Assembly: GCA_027310565.1 (NCBI GenBank) | Contig: DAIDAP010000037.1 | Coordinates: 256,163-320,162 of the forward strand | DNA from: Chloroflexota bacterium | Lineage (GTDB): Bacteria > Chloroflexota > Limnocylindria > P2-11E | Reading direction: 5' to 3' | DNA: 64,000 nucleotides | Shown here: positions 46,351-58,640 of the stretch, piece after piece | Layout of the letters: every line of letters begins with the position of its first letter | Position numbering within the stretch: position 1 is the stretch's first letter | Notes under the pieces: generated by a model | Database searches by the model: none | Seen by the model: only the letters and a program-made list of their open reading frames with translations | What the model was told of the DNA's origin: nothing | Position numbers and translations under genes: made by a program

Positions 46351-47136
46351 CTATCGCGTCGGAGCTGCCTGCACGATGAGCACCGGCCCGCACGCGTCCG
46401 GGCTGAGGCTCGTCTGCATCGAGAGCGGCGCGAGGGGAAGCGGCGGCGGCTCGCAGCTGCGCACGATGAGCGCGCCTGTGATCACGTACCTCGTCCCGTA
46501 CGCCCACACCGCGTCGCCGGCCCGCCACCCGGCGATCCGCCCGAACTGGGTGTAGGCGTGCCCCATCAGGTACTGCGGAGAGAGGCACAGGAAAGAGCGG
46601 ATCGCCGTGCCGATGTCCGTGCCACCCGCGCAGTCGTTGTACGGGACGATCGCCCCGCGCACATCGACGCGCGGATAGCAGAACCAGTCCGGCGGACACG
46701 TCTCGGCCGCCGCCGGTGCTGCCGCGGTCGGCGCGGCAGTGGGGGCCGGGCTCGGTGCGAGCGTCGGCACGGTGGTCGGCACTACGGCCGCGATCGACGG
46801 GCTGGGCACGGGATTCGCGCTCGACGCCGCGGCGCTCGGGGCGGGCGCGCCCGACGGCGCCGCCGACGGTGCAGCGCGCAGGGCGATCCCATCGTCGCCC
46901 GCGAATCGCACGGCGTCTTCGAGATCCACCGAGCTGTCCGGCAATTGCCGGAGGGTCGGCACCAGCGCCGCCGTCCCGGCGCCGGCCGTGTCGTCGACGA
47001 GGGCGGCCGAGGCGGGCGGGGCGTCGTTGCCGGCGAGGATGACGGCGATGAGGAGGCCGAGCACGGTCAGGGCGCCGCCGGCGTGACGACGTGCGGCTCG
47101 TCGCCGCGCCGCGGGCAAGTGCATGTGACCGCACAT
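46351..47136 (-). CDS. Sortase-fold protein paralogue, also with Ser at the catalytic Cys position (SMQTS)
   Basis: LMGHAYTQF (His motif), AGDAVWAYG, RYVITGALIV, PLSMQTSLSP, GPVLIVQA. N-terminal TM anchor and Pro/Ala-rich linker like the 36493 paralogue. Start ambiguous among M1, M12 and M16. Confidence 0.55.
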   Translation of the reverse strand: MCGHMHLPAARRRAARRHAGGALTVLGLLIAVILAGNDAPPASAALVDDTAGAGTAALVPTLRQLPDSSVDLEDAVRFAGDDGIALRAAPSAAPSGAPAPSAAASSANPVPSPSIAAVVPTTVPTLAPSPAPTAAPTAAAPAAAETCPPDWFCYPRVDVRGAIVPYNDCAGGTDIGTAIRSFLCLSPQYLMGHAYTQFGRIAGWRAGDAVWAYGTRYVITGALIVRSCEPPPLPLAPLSMQTSLSPDACGPVLIVQAAPTR

Positions 47137-47212
47137 GTAAGCAGCAAGGCACGCCTTTGTCAGCCCCAAACGGGGAGTCGCAACGGGTCAGCGACCGCTG
47201 TGCGGCAATCCC

Positions 47213-47706
47213 CTACAGGCCGACGCGCGGGAAGTCACCATGTTCCCGCAGAAAGGCGATGACGCCACCGGCGTCGAGGATCTCCTTTGCGAACGGCGGA
47301 AGGGGACGGAGGCGGATGTCCCCGCCCGGCGCGCCCAGGACACCGGCGGTCGCGTCGAGCGACACCTCGTCGCCGTCCTTCACGAGGTCGACCGCGTCGG
47401 CAGACTCGAGCACGGGGATGCCGAGGTTGATGCAGTTTCGGAAGAAGATGCGCGCGAAGCTCTTCGCGACGATGCCGCCGACGCCGAGCCGCTTCAGCGC
47501 GAGCACCGCGTACTCGCGGGACGACCCGCAGCCGAGGTTCTCGCCGCCGACGAGGATGTCGCCCGGCCGGACCTCCTTCGCGAAGCCCGGGCGCGCGTCG
47601 CAGAACGCGTAGGTGTGGAAGCGGTCCTGACCGACCATGAACGGCGCGTAGCGGCCGGGGACCATCTGGTCGGTGTCGAGGTCGTCGCCGAAGACCCAGG
47701 CGCGGC

Positions 47707-47710
<4 letters not shown>
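47213..47710 (-). CDS. leuD: 3-isopropylmalate dehydratase small subunit (aconitase-family small subunit)
   Basis: SRAWVFGDDLDTDQMVPGRY...GSSREYA. TTG start overlapping the leuC stop. Confidence 0.85.
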
Positions 47711-50696
<2,986 letters not shown>

Positions 50697-51329
50697 GTGA
50701 AGCAGGGCGGCGACGCCAAGGCGGTCCCGGTCGGCACGCGCGCCCTGGTCACCGAAGGAGGTGCGCACGGGAACGATGCGGCGCTCGTCCTGGCCGCCAA
50801 GGCGGGCGACCCGAGCGCGTTCGGAGAGCTCTACGAGCGCTACCGGGACGCGATCTACCGCTACTGCCTGGCGCGGACCGGCTCGGCGCACGACGCCGAG
50901 GACCTCGCCGCGGACGTCTTCGTGAAGGCCCTCCAGTCGCTCGACCGCTACCAGGACCGCGGGCTGCCGTTCGCGGCGTTCCTCTACCGCATCGCGCGGA
51001 ACGCCGCGATCGACCGCGTGCGCGTCCTGAAGCAGCCCCTGTCGGTCGACACGCTGGTCTCCGAGCCGCCATCCGGCCAGAACGTGGAGGCCGAGGCGTC
51101 CCTCGGCGTGGAGCGCTCGATCCTGCTCGCGGCGCTCACGCGGCTCAAGGCCGAGCATCGTGAGGTCATCGTCCTGCGCTTCATCGAGGGCTACGGCGCG
51201 GTCGAGGTGGCGCGGATGCTCGGGCGCACCGAGGGCGCGATCCGGACCATGCAGCACCGCGCGCTGGAGCGCCTGCGCCGGGAATTCGACGACGCCGAGC
51301 GGCTCGCGGCGAAGCGGGTGGCGAAGTGA
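50697..51329 (+). CDS. ECF (sigma-70 family, group IV) RNA polymerase sigma factor
   Basis: Region 2 (DLAADVFVKALQSLDRY...FLYRIARNAAIDRVR) and region 4 (VIVLRFIEGYGAVEVARMLGRTEGAIRTMQHRALERLR). GTG start. Confidence 0.85.
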   Translation: MKQGGDAKAVPVGTRALVTEGGAHGNDAALVLAAKAGDPSAFGELYERYRDAIYRYCLARTGSAHDAEDLAADVFVKALQSLDRYQDRGLPFAAFLYRIARNAAIDRVRVLKQPLSVDTLVSEPPSGQNVEAEASLGVERSILLAALTRLKAEHREVIVLRFIEGYGAVEVARMLGRTEGAIRTMQHRALERLRREFDDAERLAAKRVAK

Positions 51330-52255
51330 ACGACGATCGCCTCGTCGGGCTGCTCGGCGCGCTCCGTCACGAGCGCATGGAGCGCGACGCGGACGAGCGC
51401 ACCCGGCGCCGCCTCGAGGAGGCCTGGGCCCGCCGGGCGCGGCGCGGCGGCCGCCGCTGGGCCGCGCGCTGGCTCGTCCCGTTCCTGGCGACGCTGGTCC
51501 TCGTCGGCGCGCTCGGCAGCACGGTCGCGAACGCCTCGGGCGACAGCCCGCTCTACGCGATCCGCGTCCTCGTCGAGGACGCGCGCGCCGTCCTCTACGC
51601 CGATCCCGCGGACCGCGCGGTTTACCTGCAGGCGCTGCTCGACCAGCGACAGGCCGAGGCCGCGCGCCTGGAGGCCGCCGGCAACGCGCTCGCGGCCGAG
51701 CGGGTGCGGCGCGTCGAGCGGCAGACGCTCGCCCAGCTCCGCGCGCTGGTGCCGCAGGAGCCCGAGCCCGAGCCGAGCGCGCCGCCGCCGCCGCCGACCG
51801 ACACGCCGACGCCGACGCCCGCTCCGACCCCCGCCGCGACGCCCGCGCCCTCCGCCCCGCCGACGGCGACGGCCGGTGCCGGCGTCCCGACCGCGACGCC
51901 GCGCCCCTCGCTCTTCACCGCGCGGCCGACCCTCTTCACAGCGCGGCCGACGCCGACGCCCACGCCGAAGCCGACCTCGACCGCGTCCATCGTGCTCGTG
52001 AAGGGCACCGTGAAGAACCCCGATGGGACGCTGAACACCGGCGCGTGCGTGTCGCTCACCGCCGGCGTCGGATGCCTGGCGACGGTGCGCGACGGGGCCT
52101 ACTCGTTCGCCATGTCCGCGCGGCCGGGCCAGACCGTGACCGTGTACGCGTTCACCACCGACGCGACCGGCAAGCTCACCGCGAAGGCGGTCGCGAGCGG
52201 CACCGTGAAGGCCACGACGCTCGAGCTGGCCCCCGTCAAGCTCACCCCGCTGTAG
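51326..52255 (+). CDS. Anti-sigma factor: single-pass TM, periplasmic helical domain, Pro/Thr-rich linker, C-terminal beta-sandwich
   Basis: GTGA overlap with the sigma gene. The N-terminal cytoplasmic segment is followed by a TM (WLVPFLATLVLVGALG). The C-terminal sequence VLVKGTVKNPDGTLNTGACVSL...TVTVYAFTT resembles a carboxypeptidase-regulatory-like domain. Confidence 0.7.
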   Translation: MNDDRLVGLLGALRHERMERDADERTRRRLEEAWARRARRGGRRWAARWLVPFLATLVLVGALGSTVANASGDSPLYAIRVLVEDARAVLYADPADRAVYLQALLDQRQAEAARLEAAGNALAAERVRRVERQTLAQLRALVPQEPEPEPSAPPPPPTDTPTPTPAPTPAATPAPSAPPTATAGAGVPTATPRPSLFTARPTLFTARPTPTPTPKPTSTASIVLVKGTVKNPDGTLNTGACVSLTAGVGCLATVRDGAYSFAMSARPGQTVTVYAFTTDATGKLTAKAVASGTVKATTLELAPVKLTPL

Positions 52256-52313
52256 CCCGGCCCGCTACCGGGTTGCTACCCGGCCGTCGCTACGGCCGGC
52301 CCGCCCGCCGTCG

Positions 52314-53297
52314 TTGTGGGGACCGATGCTGCTCCGCTGGGTCCTCACCACGGTCCTCGTCGCCGGAGGGGCGACCGCGGTCATCGCGCCGGCCGCAGAG
52401 ATGGCCCGCCAGCGCACCACCGTCGCCACGCAGCGCAGCGAGACGACCCCGTCGCCCGAGCCGACGCCGAGCTTCGAGGACCTGCTCATCGCGTGCATCG
52501 AGTCGGGCAACCCCGACGGCGCCGCGTGCGCCCGCGCGCAGGCGGTGAGCGGTTTCCCGGCCGACGAGTTCCGCGCGCGCGTCGTCGAGATCATCGGCAC
52601 CGTGTCGAAGCCCGCGCCGACGCCCGCGCCGACCGCGAAGCCCGAGCCCACCAAGGAGCCGGCGAAGACGCAGGCGCCCGTCGCCAAGGCGCCCGTGAAG
52701 GCTCCGGCGAAGACGCCGGCCGGCGAGGACTTCTGGACCGTCTTCGACAAGTGCCTCGGCACGCGCGACGTGACGAGCGACGTCTGCCGCCGCGCGCAGC
52801 AGCTCATCGGCTTCGGCGACGCGGACTTCCGCGCGAAGTTCGACCGCTACCTCGCGCAGAAGGACGCCGCCGACTTCGCGACGTACTTCTCCAAGTGCCT
52901 CGAGACGCGCGACCTTCTGAGCGACACGTGCCGCACGGCCTTCCGGCTCTCGGGCCTGAGCGAGGCCGACTTCAAGGCGAAGTTCGAGGCCAAGCTCGAC
53001 GGCGACTTCTCGGCCTGGTTCGCCAAATGCCTCGGCACGCGCGACGTGACGAGCGACGCGTGCGCCCGGGCCCAGCAGCTCATCGGCTTCAGCGACGCGG
53101 ACTTCCGCGCGAAGTTCGAGCGCTACCTCGCGCAGCGCGACGCGGCCGCCAAGACCGACGAATACGCGAAGTGGCTCGAGGCGTGCGTCCTGACGCGCGA
53201 CCTGGGCAGCGACGCCTGCGCGAAGGCGTGGCAGCTCTCCGGGCTCGCCTACGAGACCTTCCGCGACAAGGTCCTCGCGAAGATCAGCGGCGGCTAG
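52314..53297 (+). CDS. Secreted/anchored protein composed of five ~35-45-aa two-cysteine repeats (uncharacterised repeat family)
   Basis: N-terminal TM/signal; Pro-rich linker (PAPTPAPTAKPEPTKEPAKTQAP). Repeats of the form F..KCL.TRD..SD.C..A..L.G....DF.AKF. TTG 52314 or ATG 52326 as start. Confidence 0.65.
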   Translation: MWGPMLLRWVLTTVLVAGGATAVIAPAAEMARQRTTVATQRSETTPSPEPTPSFEDLLIACIESGNPDGAACARAQAVSGFPADEFRARVVEIIGTVSKPAPTPAPTAKPEPTKEPAKTQAPVAKAPVKAPAKTPAGEDFWTVFDKCLGTRDVTSDVCRRAQQLIGFGDADFRAKFDRYLAQKDAADFATYFSKCLETRDLLSDTCRTAFRLSGLSEADFKAKFEAKLDGDFSAWFAKCLGTRDVTSDACARAQQLIGFSDADFRAKFERYLAQRDAAAKTDEYAKWLEACVLTRDLGSDACAKAWQLSGLAYETFRDKVLAKISGG

Positions 53298-53316
53298 ACC
53301 AGCTCCTCACTTCCCC

Positions 53317-53358
53317 TCCTCGCGCCGAACGGCGCGCCTCCGCGGCGCGCCGTTCATT
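53317..53358 (+). terminator. Perfect 12-bp GC hairpin downstream of the Cys-repeat gene
   Basis: GAACGGCGCGCC-tccgc-GGCGCGCCGTTC; weak T content after the stem. Confidence 0.5.
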
Positions 53359-53443
53359 CGTACGAGGCGATGCCGTCCGGCGCGGCCACCTGGTGACGTT
53401 CGGCCCTCACGTTGCGCTCCGGCGTCCGGGACGCTTGACTTCC

Positions 53444-56149
53444 ATGGCCATCGCCACGACACCGGCGGCCTATCCCTCGCATCGCGCGGCGGACGTCGTC
53501 CTGCGCGACGGCCGCGTCGTCCACATCCGCCCGGTGCGCGCGGACGACGAGGCCGGGGTGCTCGCCCTGCTCCGCTCGCTCTCCGCCGACGCCCGCGGGT
53601 TCCGCTTCTTCTCGCAGGCCACCGACCTGGGCGGCGAGGCGCGCCGCGCCGTCGACGTCGACTACCGCGACCGCTACGGCCTCGTCGCCCTTTCGGGCGG
53701 GGACCGGCGGGTCGTGGCGCAGGCCGCGTACTTCGCCGACGCGGGCGGGCGCGCCGAGGTCGCGTGGGTCGTCGCCGACGAGTACCGGGGCCGCGGCCTC
53801 GGGACGCTCCTGCTGGCTCACCTCGCCGAGCGCGCCGAGGAGGTCGGCGTCGGGCCGTTCGTGGCCTACGTCCTCCCGGAGAACCAACTCATGATCGAGG
53901 TGCTCCGCGAGAGCGGCCTCCCGCTGCGCAGCGCACGCGCCGACGGGCAGATCGTCTTCGAGTTCCCCACCTCGCTCTCGACCGCCGCGCGCGAGCGCTT
54001 CGAGGCACGCGAGCAGGTGGCCACGGCCGCGAGCCTCGCGTCGCTGCTGGCGCCGCGCTCGATCGCGGTCATCGGCGCGTCGCGCTCGCGCGGGACGATC
54101 GGCGGCGAGATCTTCCACAACCTGCTGGAGACCGGCTTCCGCGGCCCGGTCTATCCGGTGAACCCGCGCGCCCCGGTGATCCAGTCGGTGCGGGCGTACC
54201 CCGGCGTCGCCGAGATCCCCGACAGCGTGGACCTCGCGGTCGTCGTGGTCCCCGCGGCCGACGTCCTCGACGCGGCCCGCGACTGCGCGCGCGCGGGCGC
54301 CCGCGCGCTGGTCGTCATCTCCGCCGGGTTCGGCGAGACCGGCCCCGAGGGGCTCGCGCGGCAGCGCGAGCTCGTCGAGATCTGCCGCGCGTCGGGCATG
54401 CGCCTGGTCGGCCCCAACTGCATGGGGATCGTCAACACGGCCGCCGACGTGCGGATGAACGCGACGTTCGCGCCGACGTTCCCGCCCGCCGGGCGCGTCG
54501 GCCTCATGTCGCAGAGCGGCGCGCTCGGGCTCGCGATCATCGACCAGTGCGCGGAGCGCGGCATCGGCCTGTCGACGTTCGTCTCCGTCGGCAACAAGGC
54601 GGACGTCTCGGGCAACGACCTCCTCCAGTACTGGGAGACCGACCCGGCGACCGACGTCGCGCTGCTCTACCTCGAGTCGTTCGGCAACCCGCGCAAGTTC
54701 GCGCGCATCGCGCGCCGCGTCGCCCGGCGCAAGCCGGTCCTCGCGGTGAAGAGCGGCCGCTCCGTCGCCGGCGCGCGCGCCACCTCGTCGCACACCGGCG
54801 CGCTCGTGGCGGCGTCCGACGTCACCGTGGACGCGCTGTTCGCGCAGACCGGCGTGGTCCGCACCGACACGCTCTCCGAGCTGCTCGACGCGGCGGCGCT
54901 GTTCGCGTCGCAGCCGCTCCCGGCGGGTGACCGCGTCGGCATCGTGACCAACGCCGGCGGCCCGGCCATCCTCTGCGCGGACGCCTGCGAGGCGCGCGGC
55001 CTGCGCGTCCCGCCGCTGCCCGAGGCCGTCCGCGGCGCGCTGCGCGCGGCGCTCCCGCCCGAGGCCTCGGTCGCGAACCCCGTCGACATGATCGCGTCGG
55101 CGACGCCCGAGCAGTACGCCCAGGCCATCCACGCGCTCGCCGCGTCCGACGCGGTGGACGCGATCGTCGCGATCTTCATCCCCCCGCTCGTGACGCGGCT
55201 CGAGGAGGTGGCGCGGGCGATCGCGGCCGAGGCAGGCCGGCTCCCCCGGCCGGTCCCGCTCCTCGCGGTGCTCATGGCCGAGGACCGCGCGCAGTCGGTC
55301 ATGGCCGCGGCGCGCGTGCCGGTGTACCCCTACCCCGAGGACGCCGCGCGCGCGCTCGCCCACGCGGTGAAGCACGCCGCCTGGCGCGCGAGGCCGGAGT
55401 CCGCGCCGCCGGTCTTCGCCGACATCCGCCCGGACGCCGCGGACGCGGTCATCCGGGGGGCGCTGGAGGCTGAGCCCGGCTGGCTCGATCCGGCGGAGGT
55501 CGCGGCGCTGCTGGGGGCCTACGGGCTGCCGCTCGCGCCCTTCCGAGTCGCCGCGGATCCGGCCGCGGCGGGCGCGGCGGCGGAGGCGCTCGGCGGCGCG
55601 GTCGCGCTGAAGGCGATCGCGCCGGGCCTGGTGCACAAGACCGAGGCCGGCGCGGTGCGCCTCGGCCTCGCCGGGCGCGAGGCGGCCGCGCGCGCGGCGG
55701 CGGAGCTCGTGGCGTCGCTCGGGCCTTCGACACGTTTCCTCGTGCAGACGATGGCCGAGCCCGGCGTGGAGATGCTCGTGGGCATGGTCCACGACGCGTC
55801 GTTCGGCCCGGTGGTCGCCTGCGGCGCGGGCGGCACGTCGGTCGAGCTGCTGCGGGACGTGAGCGTCCGCGTCGCGCCACTCGCCGCCGCCGACGCGGGC
55901 GAGATGGTCCGCGCGCTCCGGACGTTCCCGCTGCTGGACGGCTACCGCGGACGGCCAAAGGCCGACGTCGCGGCGCTCGAGGACGTCGTCCTGCGCGTGT
56001 CGGCGCTGGTCGAGGCGCACCCCGAGATCGCCGAGCTGGACTGCAACCCGGTGATCGTGGGACCGAACGGCGCGGTCATCGTGGACGCCCGCGTCCGCGT
56101 CGCGCCGGTCGCGCCGCGGCCGCCGCTGTCGTCGCTGGTCGCGCCGTAG
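53444..56149 (+). CDS. Bifunctional GNAT acetyltransferase / NDP-forming acyl-CoA synthetase (Pat-like protein acetyltransferase family, GNAT N-terminal)
   Basis: N-terminal GNAT (VVADEYRGRGLGTLLLAHL), then CoA-binding domain, succinyl-CoA-synthetase-like ligase domain and ATP-grasp. 901 aa. The overlapping 954-aa antisense ORF is rejected. Confidence 0.8.
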   Translation: MAIATTPAAYPSHRAADVVLRDGRVVHIRPVRADDEAGVLALLRSLSADARGFRFFSQATDLGGEARRAVDVDYRDRYGLVALSGGDRRVVAQAAYFADAGGRAEVAWVVADEYRGRGLGTLLLAHLAERAEEVGVGPFVAYVLPENQLMIEVLRESGLPLRSARADGQIVFEFPTSLSTAARERFEAREQVATAASLASLLAPRSIAVIGASRSRGTIGGEIFHNLLETGFRGPVYPVNPRAPVIQSVRAYPGVAEIPDSVDLAVVVVPAADVLDAARDCARAGARALVVISAGFGETGPEGLARQRELVEICRASGMRLVGPNCMGIVNTAADVRMNATFAPTFPPAGRVGLMSQSGALGLAIIDQCAERGIGLSTFVSVGNKADVSGNDLLQYWETDPATDVALLYLESFGNPRKFARIARRVARRKPVLAVKSGRSVAGARATSSHTGALVAASDVTVDALFAQTGVVRTDTLSELLDAAALFASQPLPAGDRVGIVTNAGGPAILCADACEARGLRVPPLPEAVRGALRAALPPEASVANPVDMIASATPEQYAQAIHALAASDAVDAIVAIFIPPLVTRLEEVARAIAAEAGRLPRPVPLLAVLMAEDRAQSVMAAARVPVYPYPEDAARALAHAVKHAAWRARPESAPPVFADIRPDAADAVIRGALEAEPGWLDPAEVAALLGAYGLPLAPFRVAADPAAAGAAAEALGGAVALKAIAPGLVHKTEAGAVRLGLAGREAAARAAAELVASLGPSTRFLVQTMAEPGVEMLVGMVHDASFGPVVACGAGGTSVELLRDVSVRVAPLAAADAGEMVRALRTFPLLDGYRGRPKADVAALEDVVLRVSALVEAHPEIAELDCNPVIVGPNGAVIVDARVRVAPVAPRPPLSSLVAP

Positions 56150-56159
56150 CATCGGCGGC

Positions 56160-57329
56160 ATGCGCATCGGGATCCTGACCGGCGGCGGCGACGTCCCCGG
56201 CCTGAACCCGGTCATCAAGAGCGTCGTCTACCGCTCGACCGAGCTCGGGTACGAGGTCGTCGGCATCCGCCGCGGCTGGGAAGGGCTCACGCACATGCGG
56301 CCCGGCCCCGCGCTCGATCCCGACTACGCGCGCCCGCTCGACCGCGCCAACACGCGGACGATCGACCGCACCGGCGGGACGATGCTGCACACCTCGCGTA
56401 CGAACCCGGCGCGGATGAGCGCGCGGCGCCTGCCGGAGACGCTCGACGCCGCCGACCGCTCACGGCTCGCGATCGCCGGGGACCTGTACGACCTCACGCC
56501 GGTGGTGCTGCGCAACATCGGACGGCTCGGCCTCGACTGCCTCGTCACGATCGGCGGCGACGACACGCTCTCCTTCTCGGAGGTGCTCGTGCGCGAGGGC
56601 GTCCGCCTCGTCGCGATCCCGAAGACGATGGACAACGACGTCCAGGGCACCGAGTACTGCATCGGCTTCTCGACGGCGATCACACGCGCGAAGGAGCTCG
56701 TCGACCGCCAGCGCACCACGCTCGGCTCGCACGAGCGCATCGGCATCTTCCGCATCTTCGGCCGCGACGCGGGCTTCAGCGCGCTCCAGGCCGCGTACAT
56801 CACCTCGGCGCGCTGCCTCATCCCCGAGGCGCCGTTCGACCTCGACCGGCTGGTGGCGCTCATGGTGGAGGACAAACGCTCCAACCCCTCCCGCTACGCC
56901 CTCGTCATCGCGGCCGAGGGCGCCATGTGGCGGGGCGGATCGCTCGCCGAGTACGGGCCACCCGACGCGTACGGGCACCGGCGCAAGGCGAACGTCGCGG
57001 AGACCCTCGCCGCGGAGATCCGCGCGCGCACCGGCGAGGACACCATCGCGATGGAGCTCACCTACGACCTGCGCAGCGGCCAGGCCGACGCGCTCGACCA
57101 GACCGTCGCGATCACCTTCGCGAACATCGCGACGGACCTCATCCGCGACGGGGTGTTCGGGCGGATGGTGGCGATCCAGGGCGGGAACTTCGTCCACACG
57201 ACGCTGCCCGACCCCGCGCTCGGGCCGCGTCGTGTGGACGTCGCGCGTCAGTACAACCTCGAGCGTCTGCGCCCGCAGTACGCCGACCGGCTCGGCGCCT
57301 CGATCTTCCTCTCGGCGCCGCCGGCCTAG
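56160..57329 (+). CDS. pfk: 6-phosphofructokinase, PPi-dependent-type signatures
   Basis: MRIGILTGGGDVPGLN; GGDD (not GGDG) and PKTMDNDV with Lys (PPi-PFK discriminators); 389 aa. Confidence 0.8.
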   Translation: MRIGILTGGGDVPGLNPVIKSVVYRSTELGYEVVGIRRGWEGLTHMRPGPALDPDYARPLDRANTRTIDRTGGTMLHTSRTNPARMSARRLPETLDAADRSRLAIAGDLYDLTPVVLRNIGRLGLDCLVTIGGDDTLSFSEVLVREGVRLVAIPKTMDNDVQGTEYCIGFSTAITRAKELVDRQRTTLGSHERIGIFRIFGRDAGFSALQAAYITSARCLIPEAPFDLDRLVALMVEDKRSNPSRYALVIAAEGAMWRGGSLAEYGPPDAYGHRRKANVAETLAAEIRARTGEDTIAMELTYDLRSGQADALDQTVAITFANIATDLIRDGVFGRMVAIQGGNFVHTTLPDPALGPRRVDVARQYNLERLRPQYADRLGASIFLSAPPA

Positions 57330-58370
57330 GCCGGCACGGCCTCCCGGGCGGGCGTCGCCGAGCGCTTGGCGGACGCCGCGCCGCAGACGGTCTCGATGAT
57401 GAGACGGCTCGACACGTACGGGTCGACGTTCGCGTTCGGACGACGGTCCTCGATGTAGCCCTTGCGCTCCTTCGCGACCTGCCACGGGATGCGGATCGAG
57501 GCGCCTCGGTCGGACACGCCGTAGCGGAACTCCCTGTACGAGCAGGTCTCGTGGAGACCGGTGAGCCGCTCCTCGATGCCGAAGCCGTAGTTCTCGATGT
57601 GGAGCGCGTGGCGGGTGCCCAGCGCCTCCGCGGCGGCGACGCACGCGTCGTACGACTCGCGCATCTCGTTGGTTGAGAAGTTGTGGTGCGCGCCCGCGCC
57701 GTTCCAGTCGCCGCGGACCGGCTTCGGGTAGAGCGTCGCGCTCACGCCGAAGTTCTCGCCGACGCGGTACAGGAGCCAGCGCGCGAGCCAGAGCTGGTCG
57801 CCGATCTCCGGTGCGGTGAGCGGGCCGACCTGGAACTCCCACTGTCCGGGCATGACCTCGGCATTGATGCCCGAGATCTTGATCCCGGCCTTCAGGCAGG
57901 CGTCGAGGTGCGCCTCGACGACGTCACGACCGAACACCTCGTCGGCGCCGACGCCGCAGTAGTAGCCGCCCTGCGGCGCCGGGAAGCCGTTGTCCGGGAA
58001 CCCGAGCGGGCGCGCGCCCTTGAAGAACGTGTACTCCTGCTCGATCCCGAACCACGGATCGAACGAGGCGTACTTCTTCCCCATCTCCGCGCTCGCACGC
58101 CGGGTGTTCGACGGATGCGGCTGCCCGCTCACGAGCATGACCTCGCAGAGCACGAGCTTGTCGTCGCCGCCGCGGATCGGATCCGGGATGACCGTCACCG
58201 GCTCGAGGACGCAGTCGGACTTGTCGCCGGTCGCCTGCTGGGTGCTCGATCCGTCGAAGGCCCAGATCGGAGGGTTCTCGCCCCTCGGGACGATCTTCGT
58301 CTTCGAGCGCAGCTTCTGCGTCGGCTGCGTGCCGTCGATCCAGATGTACTCCGCGCGGTAGACACCCATT
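57326..58370 (-). CDS. glnII: Glutamine synthetase, type II
   Basis: About 348 aa with GS catalytic motifs (EYIWIDG, DPWFGIEQEY, GINAEVMPGQWEFQVGP, NGAGAHHNFS). ATG 58370 follows GGAGAG. Confidence 0.8.
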
Positions 58371-58640
58371 CGCACTCTCCCTACTCCGTGTCGGTACGCG
58401 GGCACCCGCCGAATGAGGCCCGCTCCGACGAGTCTCCCGGAGCGGGCCGCCGCCCGTCAGTGGCCGAGGTGGTGCCGGAGGGTTGCGGAAGGGTGGCGGC
58501 GCGCTGGGGACGTGACGTCAAGGGGGGTCGAACGTCACCTCGGCACGAGCCACGCGGACCGTGGACGACGCCGGAAGGGTGCCCCAAGAGACGACCTCCG
58601 TCTCTCGGCACGGCCTCGCGGCCGCGGGAGCATCCGCGCA

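Noticed and set aside
53354-56218. 954-aa minus-strand ORF
   Set aside because: Antisense to the GNAT/acyl-CoA synthetase gene, which has clear motifs; Arg-rich junk translation.
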